A stretch of DNA of 55,889 nt from assembly GCA_039805545.1 (NCBI GenBank), contig JBDLUA010000020.1, forward strand, positions 1 through 55,889, given 5' to 3'. Made by a program: the position numbers and the translations under genes. The notes under the pieces were generated by a model. It worked only from the letters and a program-made list of their open reading frames with translations, searched no databases and was not told the origin of the DNA. Of the stretch, positions 38,590 through 47,335 are shown in pieces; position 1 is the stretch's first letter, and every line of letters starts with the position of its first letter. The stretch is from Candidatus Parcubacteria bacterium. GTDB lineage: Bacteria; Patescibacteriota; Minisyncoccia; Phycocordibacterales; JAACPR01.

Positions 38590-39345
38590 ATGATAAAAAA
38601 TATACAAAAAGACTTGAAAATACTCGGTTTTTCGGAGAATGAGTCCTCCCTATATTCCTTATTAATTGATAAGAAAGAGGCTCCCGCAGGAGATTTAATC
38701 AAGGAAACTGGTTTTCATAGAAATGTTGTTTATACAGCACTCAATCATCTGATTAATAAAAAGCTTGTCTCAGAAAAAATAAAAAACAGTAAGAAATTCT
38801 ACGTTCCAGAAGCTCCAAAAATCCTTCTTGAACAAATTAGAGAGCAGTCTCAAACATGTGAATCATTGATTAACAAAATAGACGAATCATTAACTGAGGA
38901 TTCTCAGGGAATAACAGTCCATGAAGGAAATGATGAATTCCTTAAACTATTGCTTTCCTTATTAAATGAAATGAGGCCTAATGATGAAAAATTTATTCTG
39001 GGTGCGGGAGGTGAAGATTTTATGGAATATACAATGAGACCTATTTGGAAAAAATATCATCAAAAAGCTATCGAACAAAAAATTAAGATTTCTATGATTG
39101 CCTATGAAAATCAAAAAGATTCACTCGTAAAAGACATCGAACCTTATAAAAAAATATACTCAATGAAATTTTTGAAAGGTAAAGACGAAAATCCTGCAGG
39201 TATCCATGTATATCCACACTTGAATACTGTATTGAATATAATTTATTCAGATAAAAATCAACCGGTTACTGCAATCAAGATAAAAAATAAAAGATTAACA
39301 CAGGGATATATAAATTTGTTTAAAAATCTTTATTCAAAAAATTAA
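38590..39345 (+). CDS. TrmB-family transcriptional regulator TrmB4
   Basis: LKILGFSENESSLY..L, ETGFHRNVVYTALNHLINKKLV, VHEG motifs. Confidence 0.88.
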   Translation: MIKNIQKDLKILGFSENESSLYSLLIDKKEAPAGDLIKETGFHRNVVYTALNHLINKKLVSEKIKNSKKFYVPEAPKILLEQIREQSQTCESLINKIDESLTEDSQGITVHEGNDEFLKLLLSLLNEMRPNDEKFILGAGGEDFMEYTMRPIWKKYHQKAIEQKIKISMIAYENQKDSLVKDIEPYKKIYSMKFLKGKDENPAGIHVYPHLNTVLNIIYSDKNQPVTAIKIKNKRLTQGYINLFKNLYSKN

Positions 39346-39347
39346 AC

Positions 39348-39377
39348 TCAAAAACCACCCTCTCGGGTGGTTTTTGA
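39348..39377. terminator. Bidirectional terminator (array family)
   Basis: TCAAAAACCACCC-TCTC-GGGTGGTTTTTGA. Confidence 0.85.
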
Positions 39378-39389
39378 TTGTCTTACTTA

Positions 39390-40526
39390 TTATTGAACAT
39401 CAATAATATTTCCAGAACTCGAAGTCTTCATAATGAAAGTGTCTTCAGGAGTTTTTACAAAACCTTTTTCATTGAAAGAAATGTCTTCTAGTGAAACACC
39501 TTTTATTTTTGTTTCTGCAATTGCATTTCTCAATGCTTCATTTCCAGTACCTTTTGTCTTCTTTAGTCCTTCAGCGATTACCATAACAGAATCATATGCA
39601 TTAGCGGCAGAAGGAAACTTTGGTTTTTCTCCAAATCGTTTTTCAAAACGACTCTGGAAATCTTTATATTCATTTGATTCTTTTGGTGCACTCCAAAGTC
39701 TTTCAGACATTAAGTCGGGACAATTTTTGAGTGAAACACCATCTCCTGATGATTCTGTTCCAAATGTTTGTATATTAATCCCGAGTTCTTTCTTCTGTTT
39801 AAGAAATACACACTGATTATAGTCACTTGTAACAATAAATATTGCATCTGGTTTTGATTGACTTGCCTTTAATAATACAGTTCTAAAATCAAGTTCAAGT
39901 GGATTACCAAGATCAATAACATCGGCAATTTGAACATTATACTTTGAAGCATCTTGTATCATTGACTGTGCGGTAAATTCCCAAAACCCCGCTGACAATA
40001 ACTTTATTATTGTAATTTTTCTTATATTATTCTTGTCGGCATATCTTAATATTTCTCTCACACCTACACGATTGTCATACCATGTAGAAAAGAAATACTC
40101 ATAATTAGTGTCTTTTTCTAATTGATCTGAGTTATCTGCTCCAACCATAGGGACTTTTGCAGCTTCTATAATCGGCAAAATAGGACCAGCAGGTTCATCC
40201 CACTGAGGGCCAACGATTGCAACTACTTTATCAGTATTGATAAGTTTTTGAGTAACTGTTACTGCTTGCTTTATCTTATCAAGAGACAAGTCCTCACTTA
40301 CCAATTCAATCTTTTGACCACGAATACCTCCTTTTGCATTGATTTCTTCAACCGCAAGAAGCATGCCCTTTCTTTCTTCTTCTCCGATTGCAGCACCAAC
40401 TCCAGTAAGAGCAGAGAGACCACCAATTTTAATGGTTTCTTTGTTCTTTGGAGTTTGAAATACAAAAAGAAGAGCGATAACCACCAAAACCAAGACACCA
40501 AATCCAATAATCTTATTCTTTTGCAT
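39390..40526 (-). CDS. LivJ/LivK-like substrate-binding protein SBP5
   Basis: KIGGLSALTG, AVEEINAKGGIRGQKIELVSED, DFRTVLLK and NAYDSV motifs. Confidence 0.92.
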   Translation of the reverse strand: MQKNKIIGFGVLVLVVIALLFVFQTPKNKETIKIGGLSALTGVGAAIGEEERKGMLLAVEEINAKGGIRGQKIELVSEDLSLDKIKQAVTVTQKLINTDKVVAIVGPQWDEPAGPILPIIEAAKVPMVGADNSDQLEKDTNYEYFFSTWYDNRVGVREILRYADKNNIRKITIIKLLSAGFWEFTAQSMIQDASKYNVQIADVIDLGNPLELDFRTVLLKASQSKPDAIFIVTSDYNQCVFLKQKKELGINIQTFGTESSGDGVSLKNCPDLMSERLWSAPKESNEYKDFQSRFEKRFGEKPKFPSAANAYDSVMVIAEGLKKTKGTGNEALRNAIAETKIKGVSLEDISFNEKGFVKTPEDTFIMKTSSSGNIIDVQ

Positions 40527-40586
40527 ATTTTAATTACTTGACTAATAAGGAATTACATTATAATCTTTTACTATAATTAAAATCAA

Positions 40587-40606
40587 ACTCTCCTATTTAG
40601 GAGAGT
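40587..40606. promoter_or_regulatory. Putative TrmB5 operator
   Basis: ACTCTCCTA-TT-TAGGAGAGT, perfect 9-bp inverted repeat 5 nt before the TrmB5 ATG. Confidence 0.6.
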
Positions 40607-40611
40607 AATAT

Positions 40612-41361
40612 ATGAATACAGAAATATTAAAACAATTTGGACTCACAAAAAACGATATAAAAGTATATGATTCCCTTTTTAAGTTAGGGCGATCTAAAAC
40701 AGGTACGATTATTAATGAAAGTAAAGTTGTAAGCTCTATGGTTTATTCATCTCTAAAAAACTTAACAGAAAAAGGTTTGGTTACTTTCATTGTTAAAAAC
40801 AATATAAAATACTATCAAGCAGAAATACCAAATAAGTTAATAGAAGATTATAAAAATAATGTAGATGAACTAGAAAAACTTTCAAAAGAGTTAAAATCAC
40901 TACCAATAGAAAAAACTCCTAGAAATTCAACAAATATCTACGAAGGGATTCACGGTTTCAAACTAGCCTTTGAACAACACATAGGAAATATGGGGAAAGG
41001 AGAAAAAGTAGGAGTAATTGGTTTTAATGAACAATCAATTAAAAAGGGTTTATTAAAAAGATACAAAGATTTCTTTGCAAAAGTAGATATTGATACAATC
41101 AAAAAAACTGAGAATGTTCGAATGATTATGGATAAAGATTTATTAAAAATATTACAAGACAAAATAAAGTATTATGAGAAATATGATTTAAGGTTTTTGA
41201 GTAAAGAATACTTTGGACCGATTGCAACAAATTTAAGCGAAAAAGAAGTTATGCTTTCTGTGTGGGGAGAGAAACCGACCGTGTTTACAATGAACAATCC
41301 AGCGATAGTAGAAAGTTTTTGGAAAAACTTTGAGATTTTGTGGGAGAAATCAAAGAAATAA
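40612..41361 (+). CDS. TrmB-family transcriptional regulator TrmB5
   Basis: LKQFGLTKNDIKVY..L, VYSSLKNLTEKGLV, IYEG..G and FEILWEKS motifs. Confidence 0.88.
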   Translation: MNTEILKQFGLTKNDIKVYDSLFKLGRSKTGTIINESKVVSSMVYSSLKNLTEKGLVTFIVKNNIKYYQAEIPNKLIEDYKNNVDELEKLSKELKSLPIEKTPRNSTNIYEGIHGFKLAFEQHIGNMGKGEKVGVIGFNEQSIKKGLLKRYKDFFAKVDIDTIKKTENVRMIMDKDLLKILQDKIKYYEKYDLRFLSKEYFGPIATNLSEKEVMLSVWGEKPTVFTMNNPAIVESFWKNFEILWEKSKK

Positions 41362-41377
41362 ACCGGATAAGATAAAC

Positions 41378-41413
41378 TAATCAAAAAACCGCCCCCGGGC
41401 GGTTTTTTGATTA
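41378..41413. terminator. Bidirectional terminator (array family)
   Basis: TAATCAAAAAACCGCC-CCCG-GGCGGTTTTTTGATTA. Confidence 0.85.
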
Positions 41414-42292
41414 TTTATTTTTCCATCTCAAGAAATGATCCGGAGCATATCCAATCACATAATCTACCTTGCATCTTGCAAACCCAGAGTGAATCTCGTC
41501 AAACGCTTCATTCTCATCTATAATGCCAACCTTTCCCGCTTCTTTAATCATGGAGTATTCTCCACTCACATGATATACAGACAAAGGAAGTTTTGTGATT
41601 TGTCGTGCCCTATACACAATATCAAGATACATCATTGCTGGCTTAACCATTACGATTGAAGCTCCTTGAGATTCATCTGCCACGATTTGGTCCAAGGCTT
41701 CACTTGGATTAGAGTAATCCGTCTGATATGTTTTCTTATCTTTTCCTTCAAGTGGTGACTGAATCGTTTCTCTATATGGACCATAAAGAGAGGACGAGAA
41801 CTTTGAACTATAAGCATGAATTTTAGTCGTTGTATACCCGGAGGTATCTAATGCACCCCGGAGAACTTGCACCTGTTCATATAATGACAGACAAGGTGCG
41901 ACATAATCCGCACCCGCCCCAGCAAAAGCAACTGCTAATTTTGAAGCTAGGGCATAACTTTTTTCAAAATTAATATGACCATTTTCAATAACAGTACTAT
42001 GACCATCAACTGAATAAGGTGACAACCCTACATCTGCATGAATTACAACTTCTGTTTTAAATTTTTCTTTCGCTGCCTTAATAAACTTAATAATCAAACC
42101 CTTTTCACAAGCAAAATCTACTGACTTATTATCTGTTGAACCAAACACAAGAAAATCTTTTATTCCTTGGTCTAAATATTTTTCAATAAAATCTAAACCT
42201 GATTCTAGCGTGTGATAATCAACATCAACCATTGGTGAATCTTGTCTTTCGGTTATTCCTTCTTTTAAGAAAAGGCATGCTATATATTTCAT
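41411..42292 (-). CDS. HemB (porphobilinogen synthase)-like protein, divergent paralog A
   Basis: AGADYVAP, YSSKFSSSLYGPYRE, KKTYQ, IVMVKPA and YHVSGEYSMIK motifs. Metal-site motif altered to DVGLSPYSVDGHS. Start at ATG 42292 matches paralog B (MKYIAC). Confidence 0.85.
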   Translation of the reverse strand: MKYIACLFLKEGITERQDSPMVDVDYHTLESGLDFIEKYLDQGIKDFLVFGSTDNKSVDFACEKGLIIKFIKAAKEKFKTEVVIHADVGLSPYSVDGHSTVIENGHINFEKSYALASKLAVAFAGAGADYVAPCLSLYEQVQVLRGALDTSGYTTTKIHAYSSKFSSSLYGPYRETIQSPLEGKDKKTYQTDYSNPSEALDQIVADESQGASIVMVKPAMMYLDIVYRARQITKLPLSVYHVSGEYSMIKEAGKVGIIDENEAFDEIHSGFARCKVDYVIGYAPDHFLRWKNK

Positions 42293-42299
42293 ATTGTTT

Positions 42300-43187
42300 T
42301 TATTTCCAAACTCTAATAGTTTTATTTTCAGCCGATAATTCATTTAACCCTTTTACAATCTCCCTACTACCATCTTTGATATTAACAGTTAATTTAAAAT
42401 TACCTATTACAAAATCCATCTCTGGCTTACTTAGTATATAGTCAACATTCACAATCTCAAGATTAAGAAGTTTTTTCCAAAAAATATTCTCTTGCTCAAA
42501 ATTTCTTAAATTATTTTTATATACAGAACTACCAGAGACACCTGAGATTTTATTCATTCCCTCTTTTATTATCTCATTATCTTGAAATTCTGGATGATTT
42601 CTAAGTGTATCATCTAACATAAAAATACTTCCCTCTACATACATCAGTGGTTTAATAAAGTTTGATATCTTTGTTTTTGATACATCATCAAAATATTGAG
42701 AAACTACTCCTTCGCTAAATATTAAGACTGGGTCACTTGGGTTCAATTCATCTTTTATCTTTTGCCAAGTCTCTTCTTCTAACAAATCACCTGAAATAAA
42801 TTTAAGATTTTCAAATTCCCCTTTAATTTCATTAATAATTTCTTTTTTTAATTCAGAATTTTCTTTAAATTCAACTTCAATATATTTTCCAATTTTAAAA
42901 TCTAAATTTAAAAAATGAGGTGTAAAACCAGCTCCTAATTCAACTATTTGCAATCTGCCTCCAAATTTTTTAGCCATAAAATTCAGTACCGATTGATTGG
43001 TGTAAAATCTGGCAACAGGAAAAGCGGAAAAATAATCGCTAGATATTTTAGGCCAAATTTTTGGCCACATCTCGCCAATCCTATTTTTGAGTGTATTAAT
43101 TATTTCACCACTATATTTAACATCCGAGTGATCATTTAAATCAAGGATTGTGCTTGAAGTTTTTTGAATTTTTTCTTTGTCTATCAT
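42300..43187 (-). CDS. SAM-dependent methyltransferase (leucine carboxyl methyltransferase-like)
   Basis: VARF, QIVELGAGF, YIEVE, ISGDLL and LIFSEGV.S.YF motifs resembling the LCM/TcmP family. Confidence 0.8.
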   Translation of the reverse strand: MIDKEKIQKTSSTILDLNDHSDVKYSGEIINTLKNRIGEMWPKIWPKISSDYFSAFPVARFYTNQSVLNFMAKKFGGRLQIVELGAGFTPHFLNLDFKIGKYIEVEFKENSELKKEIINEIKGEFENLKFISGDLLEEETWQKIKDELNPSDPVLIFSEGVVSQYFDDVSKTKISNFIKPLMYVEGSIFMLDDTLRNHPEFQDNEIIKEGMNKISGVSGSSVYKNNLRNFEQENIFWKKLLNLEIVNVDYILSKPEMDFVIGNFKLTVNIKDGSREIVKGLNELSAENKTIRVWK

Positions 43188-43195
43188 CTTAATGC

Positions 43196-44083
43196 CTAAT
43201 TATTTTTATTTGACCATCTTAAGAAATGATCTGGCGCATAACCTATAACATAATCAACACCGCAACGTTTAAAAGCAGAGTGGATTTCATCAAAAGCCTC
43301 ATTTTCATCGACAATGTCAATTCTGCCACCTTCCTTTAACATAGAATACTCTCCACTTACATGATATACAGAAATAGGTAGACCGGTCTGCTGTCTTGCT
43401 CTATATATTATGTCTAAATACATCATAGCAGGTTTAATCATAACAATATCCGCGCCTTGTTTTTCATCTTCAAAAATATGGTTCAGTGCCTCTTCAGCAT
43501 TCAATGGAGCAATATGGAATTCATAAGGTATTTTTCCATCTTTTGGAGATTGTATTGTTTTAAAATATGGACCATACAAGGATGAAGAGAACTTTGCACT
43601 ATAACCCATTATTTTCACTGAACTCATACCAGACTCACTCAAACTTTTTTTAACTTCACAGACTTGATTTTCTAATGGTAAACATGGGCAAACATAATCA
43701 GCTCCCGCACCAGCAAACACTACAGCAAGTTTCCCTGCGATTTCATAACTCTTTTGATAATCAACTTTTTCATCAACCATAATCAAACTATGTCCATCCG
43801 TAGAATATGGAGACAGTCCAACATCAGCATAAATTACAATACTTGTTCCAAACTTTTCTTTAGCCGTTTTAATAAAGTTTTTAATTAGCCCATCAGCACA
43901 AGCAAATTCAATTGACTTGTTATCAGTAGAACCGAACACAAGAAAATCTCTGATTCCTTGGTCTAGATAGTTTTTGATGAATTCTAATCCTGATTTAAGG
44001 GTGTGATAATCAACACCAACCATTGGAGAAGGTTGTTTTTCATCAATACCCTCTTTCAGAAATACACATGCAATGTATTTCAT
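43196..44083 (-). CDS. HemB (porphobilinogen synthase)-like protein, divergent paralog B
   Basis: MGYSAKFSSSLYGPY, GADIVMIKPA and YHVSGEYSML motifs; clearly paralogous to 41411-42292. Confidence 0.85.
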   Translation of the reverse strand: MKYIACVFLKEGIDEKQPSPMVGVDYHTLKSGLEFIKNYLDQGIRDFLVFGSTDNKSIEFACADGLIKNFIKTAKEKFGTSIVIYADVGLSPYSTDGHSLIMVDEKVDYQKSYEIAGKLAVVFAGAGADYVCPCLPLENQVCEVKKSLSESGMSSVKIMGYSAKFSSSLYGPYFKTIQSPKDGKIPYEFHIAPLNAEEALNHIFEDEKQGADIVMIKPAMMYLDIIYRARQQTGLPISVYHVSGEYSMLKEGGRIDIVDENEAFDEIHSAFKRCGVDYVIGYAPDHFLRWSNKNN

Positions 44084-44085
44084 GT

Positions 44086-45192
44086 TTAGATGTTCTCAAA
44101 ATTTCCATCGGTCTTTACCTTTCTCCAAACTAGTTTCTTGTTTACATTTTGGCACGAATCATCAAAATCAATATCTCCTGTTATTCCCTTAAACTCAGGC
44201 ATATCAACAAAATATTTTGCGAGTTTTTTTGGATCTCCACCAACTTCATCTACTGCTTGAACAAGAATATTATATGAATCATATGTAAGTGCACCTAGAA
44301 GAATTGGTGAATTCTTAAATTCTTCTTGATATCGTTTTGAATAATTTACAGCTCCTTCATTCACGTTTAGATCTGCTTGAGGAGTATATACATAATCAAC
44401 AAAAGATACATCAGCAGCAACTGTTCTATCTTTCATATTAGGACTTGTAACTGTCCAAATATCTGAAACAATTGGTTTTGTCCAGCCTAATTCTTTCAAT
44501 TGTTTAAACATGGGCTCTGGTGTGATGTTATTTGTTATTACAAGTACATCTACTTCATTTTGTTTTTTTACAAGCTTCAAAATATTTGATCGCAAGTCGC
44601 CAGAAGCCTGATCGTATGTTTCACTTACAACAACAGTTCCTCCAAGAGTAGTGAAAGATTTTGTAATTTCATTATTCATTGTTACACCATATTCATTATT
44701 TGCAGTAAGAAGAGCGATGTTATTATATTTCAAATTATTTTTTGTATAGTCAGAAACAGAAGGACCGAGTATGTCAGCAGTTAATCCTATTCTACATGTA
44801 AGAGGGCTTTCATCTGTGAAAGCAGGTGTTGTAGCAGATTGAGCAAATACGAGAATACCGTCTTGAACAGCCTTCTCTCGAATAGCCGCAACAACAGGAC
44901 TGCCATCCGCGATAATAACTTTTATACCCTTTAATTTGAGTGCCTCATATCCAGACAGCGATGTCTTTGGATCATACTTTGAATCTTCATAGATAAATTC
45001 TACTTTAGCACTAGGGTTATCTCGTTGGGCCAAAGCAAGAGCATTCTTTTGCACTTCACCTGCAATAGCAAGAGGTCCAGAAAGTGGCGTAAGGACACCG
45101 ATCTTAACTGTTTGGCCATCAAGCTTATTATTTTTTAAACTTAGTCCCACAATTACCAAAATAATTATTCCTGCTATAATTTTCTTTTTCAT
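44086..45192 (-). CDS. LivJ/LivK-like substrate-binding protein SBP6 (first gene of the HemB-like operon)
   Basis: KIGVLTPLSGPLA, YEDSKYDPK, NEYG, TYDS and GITGDIDFD motifs; stop 2 nt before the HemB-like B start. Confidence 0.9.
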   Translation of the reverse strand: MKKKIIAGIIILVIVGLSLKNNKLDGQTVKIGVLTPLSGPLAIAGEVQKNALALAQRDNPSAKVEFIYEDSKYDPKTSLSGYEALKLKGIKVIIADGSPVVAAIREKAVQDGILVFAQSATTPAFTDESPLTCRIGLTADILGPSVSDYTKNNLKYNNIALLTANNEYGVTMNNEITKSFTTLGGTVVVSETYDQASGDLRSNILKLVKKQNEVDVLVITNNITPEPMFKQLKELGWTKPIVSDIWTVTSPNMKDRTVAADVSFVDYVYTPQADLNVNEGAVNYSKRYQEEFKNSPILLGALTYDSYNILVQAVDEVGGDPKKLAKYFVDMPEFKGITGDIDFDDSCQNVNKKLVWRKVKTDGNFENI

Positions 45193-45227
45193 ATCTTTTT
45201 ATAGTAATACCTGTAGTTTTAAAAGCA

Positions 45228-45269
45228 AGACAATCAAAAAACCGCCAGAAGGCGGTCTTTTGATTGTCT
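45228..45269. terminator. Terminator after SBP7 (array family)
   Basis: AGACAATCAAAAAACCGCC-AGAA-GGCGGTCTTTTGATTGTCT. Confidence 0.85.
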
Positions 45270-45287
45270 CACAACTTATTACAATGA

Positions 45288-46382
45288 TTAATCAATATCT
45301 ATAGCAACTTTCTCTCCATTTTTTACCATAAAGTAATTATTCTTTAGATCAAATACTCGATCCCCCCCATAATTACTTCCTTCAATTACACTTTTATTTT
45401 GAGTGTTATTTGAAACATGTTTAATTTGACATGAAACATCGTTACCACAAGCTACCACGGCTTGCACCATATATGTAAGAAGATCATATGAAAGTGCTGC
45501 AGGCCTTACATTAATATTGTTTCCATATTTAGATTTTATCCTGTCTTTAAATTCTGTAGGTACATTAAAGTCAAATAATATGCTTCCTTCTAGAGAACTT
45601 AAAGGATATTTTTCTTTAATTTTCTCGCTGTAACAATCACTTTCCACGCAAACAAGAGACACGCCTGAATTAGTTTCAATATTTTGTTTGATAATGGCCT
45701 CATAATTTGCTTCGTATCCGTATGAAATTACCATATCAACACCATTTTGTTTTAATTTTAATAGAGATGCCCGGAAATCAGTTTCAGCAGGACTTGCAGC
45801 CGCTTCAACAAACACATTCTCTTTTCCAAAAACCTCAGTCATTTGAGCGACACATGCATCCGTAAATGACAATTTAACTCCAAGATACGCAATCTTTGTA
45901 AGTCCTAGTTTATTTTTTGCATATTCTGATGCAACCTTACATTCATATGTAGAATCAAAAAATGTTTTGATCGAATAAGGGTTTGCTTCAACAATTGCAG
46001 AATCAAAAGATGAATAACCGTATAGAATTTTTGCATCTTTTGCCACAGGAGAAACAGCACTTGATGGTCCTGAGAAGTCAGTAAACAATGCATCTACTTT
46101 ATTAATATTTATTAATTTTTGTGCAGCACTTACCGCTTTATCTGGCTTCCCTTCAGAATCCTCAAATAAAACCTCGACATCAATTCCTTGTTCTTTAAGA
46201 TCAGCAACAGCAAGTTCCATTCCTGCCTTTGAAGGTTCACCCCAAAAAACTGCGAATCCTGAAAGTGCCTCTATCGATCCAATTTTTATATGATCAGTTT
46301 TCTTTACTTCAGTAAAATAAACAGAGACACCAATAATAATTAAAACAAGAAGAACAATCCAAATTTTTAAACTTTTTTTCAT
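45288..46382 (-). CDS. LivJ/LivK-like substrate-binding protein SBP7
   Basis: KIGSIEALSG, FEDSEGKPDKAVSAAQKLI, DFRASLLKLK and SYD motifs. Confidence 0.9.
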   Translation of the reverse strand: MKKSLKIWIVLLVLIIIGVSVYFTEVKKTDHIKIGSIEALSGFAVFWGEPSKAGMELAVADLKEQGIDVEVLFEDSEGKPDKAVSAAQKLININKVDALFTDFSGPSSAVSPVAKDAKILYGYSSFDSAIVEANPYSIKTFFDSTYECKVASEYAKNKLGLTKIAYLGVKLSFTDACVAQMTEVFGKENVFVEAAASPAETDFRASLLKLKQNGVDMVISYGYEANYEAIIKQNIETNSGVSLVCVESDCYSEKIKEKYPLSSLEGSILFDFNVPTEFKDRIKSKYGNNINVRPAALSYDLLTYMVQAVVACGNDVSCQIKHVSNNTQNKSVIEGSNYGGDRVFDLKNNYFMVKNGEKVAIDID

Positions 46383-46536
46383 AATAATGAATTATTTTTA
46401 TAACTCATATATTATATAATCTATTTCTTATTTGTCACAAAAATAGCCCTTGTTTATGAATAAATACTTTATGACCTTATGTAGTAAAGGTTTTTTATAT
46501 ATTTACTGTTGTCCATTTTTATGACAGTATATAAAT

Positions 46537-47283
46537 ATGTCAAAATTAGAAGCAAATCTAAAACTATTTGGTCTAAAAGAAGGCGAAATAACAACATATC
46601 TCTTTCTCCTATCAAACCGAGATCTTCCCGCATACAAAATAGCAACAGGAACAAACATTCCAAGAACTACAGTATACAAACATCTGGAATCCTTAGAAAA
46701 ACAAGGCCTTGTGTCCAAATGGTCAAAAAATTCTGTTAAACATTTTTCTGCAGAAAATCCAAAACGCCTTGAACAGCTTTTGAATTTTAAAAAAGAAGCC
46801 TTAAACAACATACTTCCGGAATTAACGAGTAAATTTAATAACGAATCTATTTACCCTACAGCAAAACTCTATACAGGTAAAGAAGGAGTGAAGTACGCGT
46901 TTGAGCATATCTTAGAAACAATTATAAAAGAAAAACTTAAACTAGTTTATGCAATATCAGAAAAAAAGCTGACCGAAACACTTCCAAAGTTTTTTTTGGA
47001 TTGGAGAGAAAGAAAGAATAAAAAAACAGGAGCATTTACATACATGATAGTTTCAGAAGGAACTGCATCACATCAGCACTATAAAAGTGATCCCTTTAGA
47101 GAAACACGAGAAATGCCACAGAAAAATTTGCTCGAAGGTTCTTTAAACATAATTGGAAACAACGTTTATTTTTTCTCCTTTAAAGAAGAGGGGAATGAAA
47201 TATACTCGCTTGTAATAGAATCACCCATCGTGGCATCCATGATGACAAAATTATTTTTATACATTTGGAAAACATTAGAATAA
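46537..47283 (+). CDS. TrmB-family transcriptional regulator TrmB6
   Basis: LKLFGLKEGEITTYL.LL, TNIPRTTVYKHLESLEKQGLV, AENP and YTGKEGV motifs. Confidence 0.9.
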   Translation: MSKLEANLKLFGLKEGEITTYLFLLSNRDLPAYKIATGTNIPRTTVYKHLESLEKQGLVSKWSKNSVKHFSAENPKRLEQLLNFKKEALNNILPELTSKFNNESIYPTAKLYTGKEGVKYAFEHILETIIKEKLKLVYAISEKKLTETLPKFFLDWRERKNKKTGAFTYMIVSEGTASHQHYKSDPFRETREMPQKNLLEGSLNIIGNNVYFFSFKEEGNEIYSLVIESPIVASMMTKLFLYIWKTLE

Positions 47284-47314
47284 TCAAAAAACCACCTTCT
47301 GGCGGTTTTTTGAT
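47282..47314. terminator. Bidirectional terminator (array family)
   Basis: AATCAAAAAACCACC-TTCT-GGCGGTTTTTTGAT. Confidence 0.8.
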
Positions 47315-47335
47315 TTAGAGTACTTAGTCTAGCAA

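Noticed and set aside
41411-44083. Calling these genes canonical hemB for heme synthesis
   Set aside because: Metal-site and lid motifs are altered, the gene is duplicated around a methyltransferase, and no other hem genes are nearby; symbol withheld.
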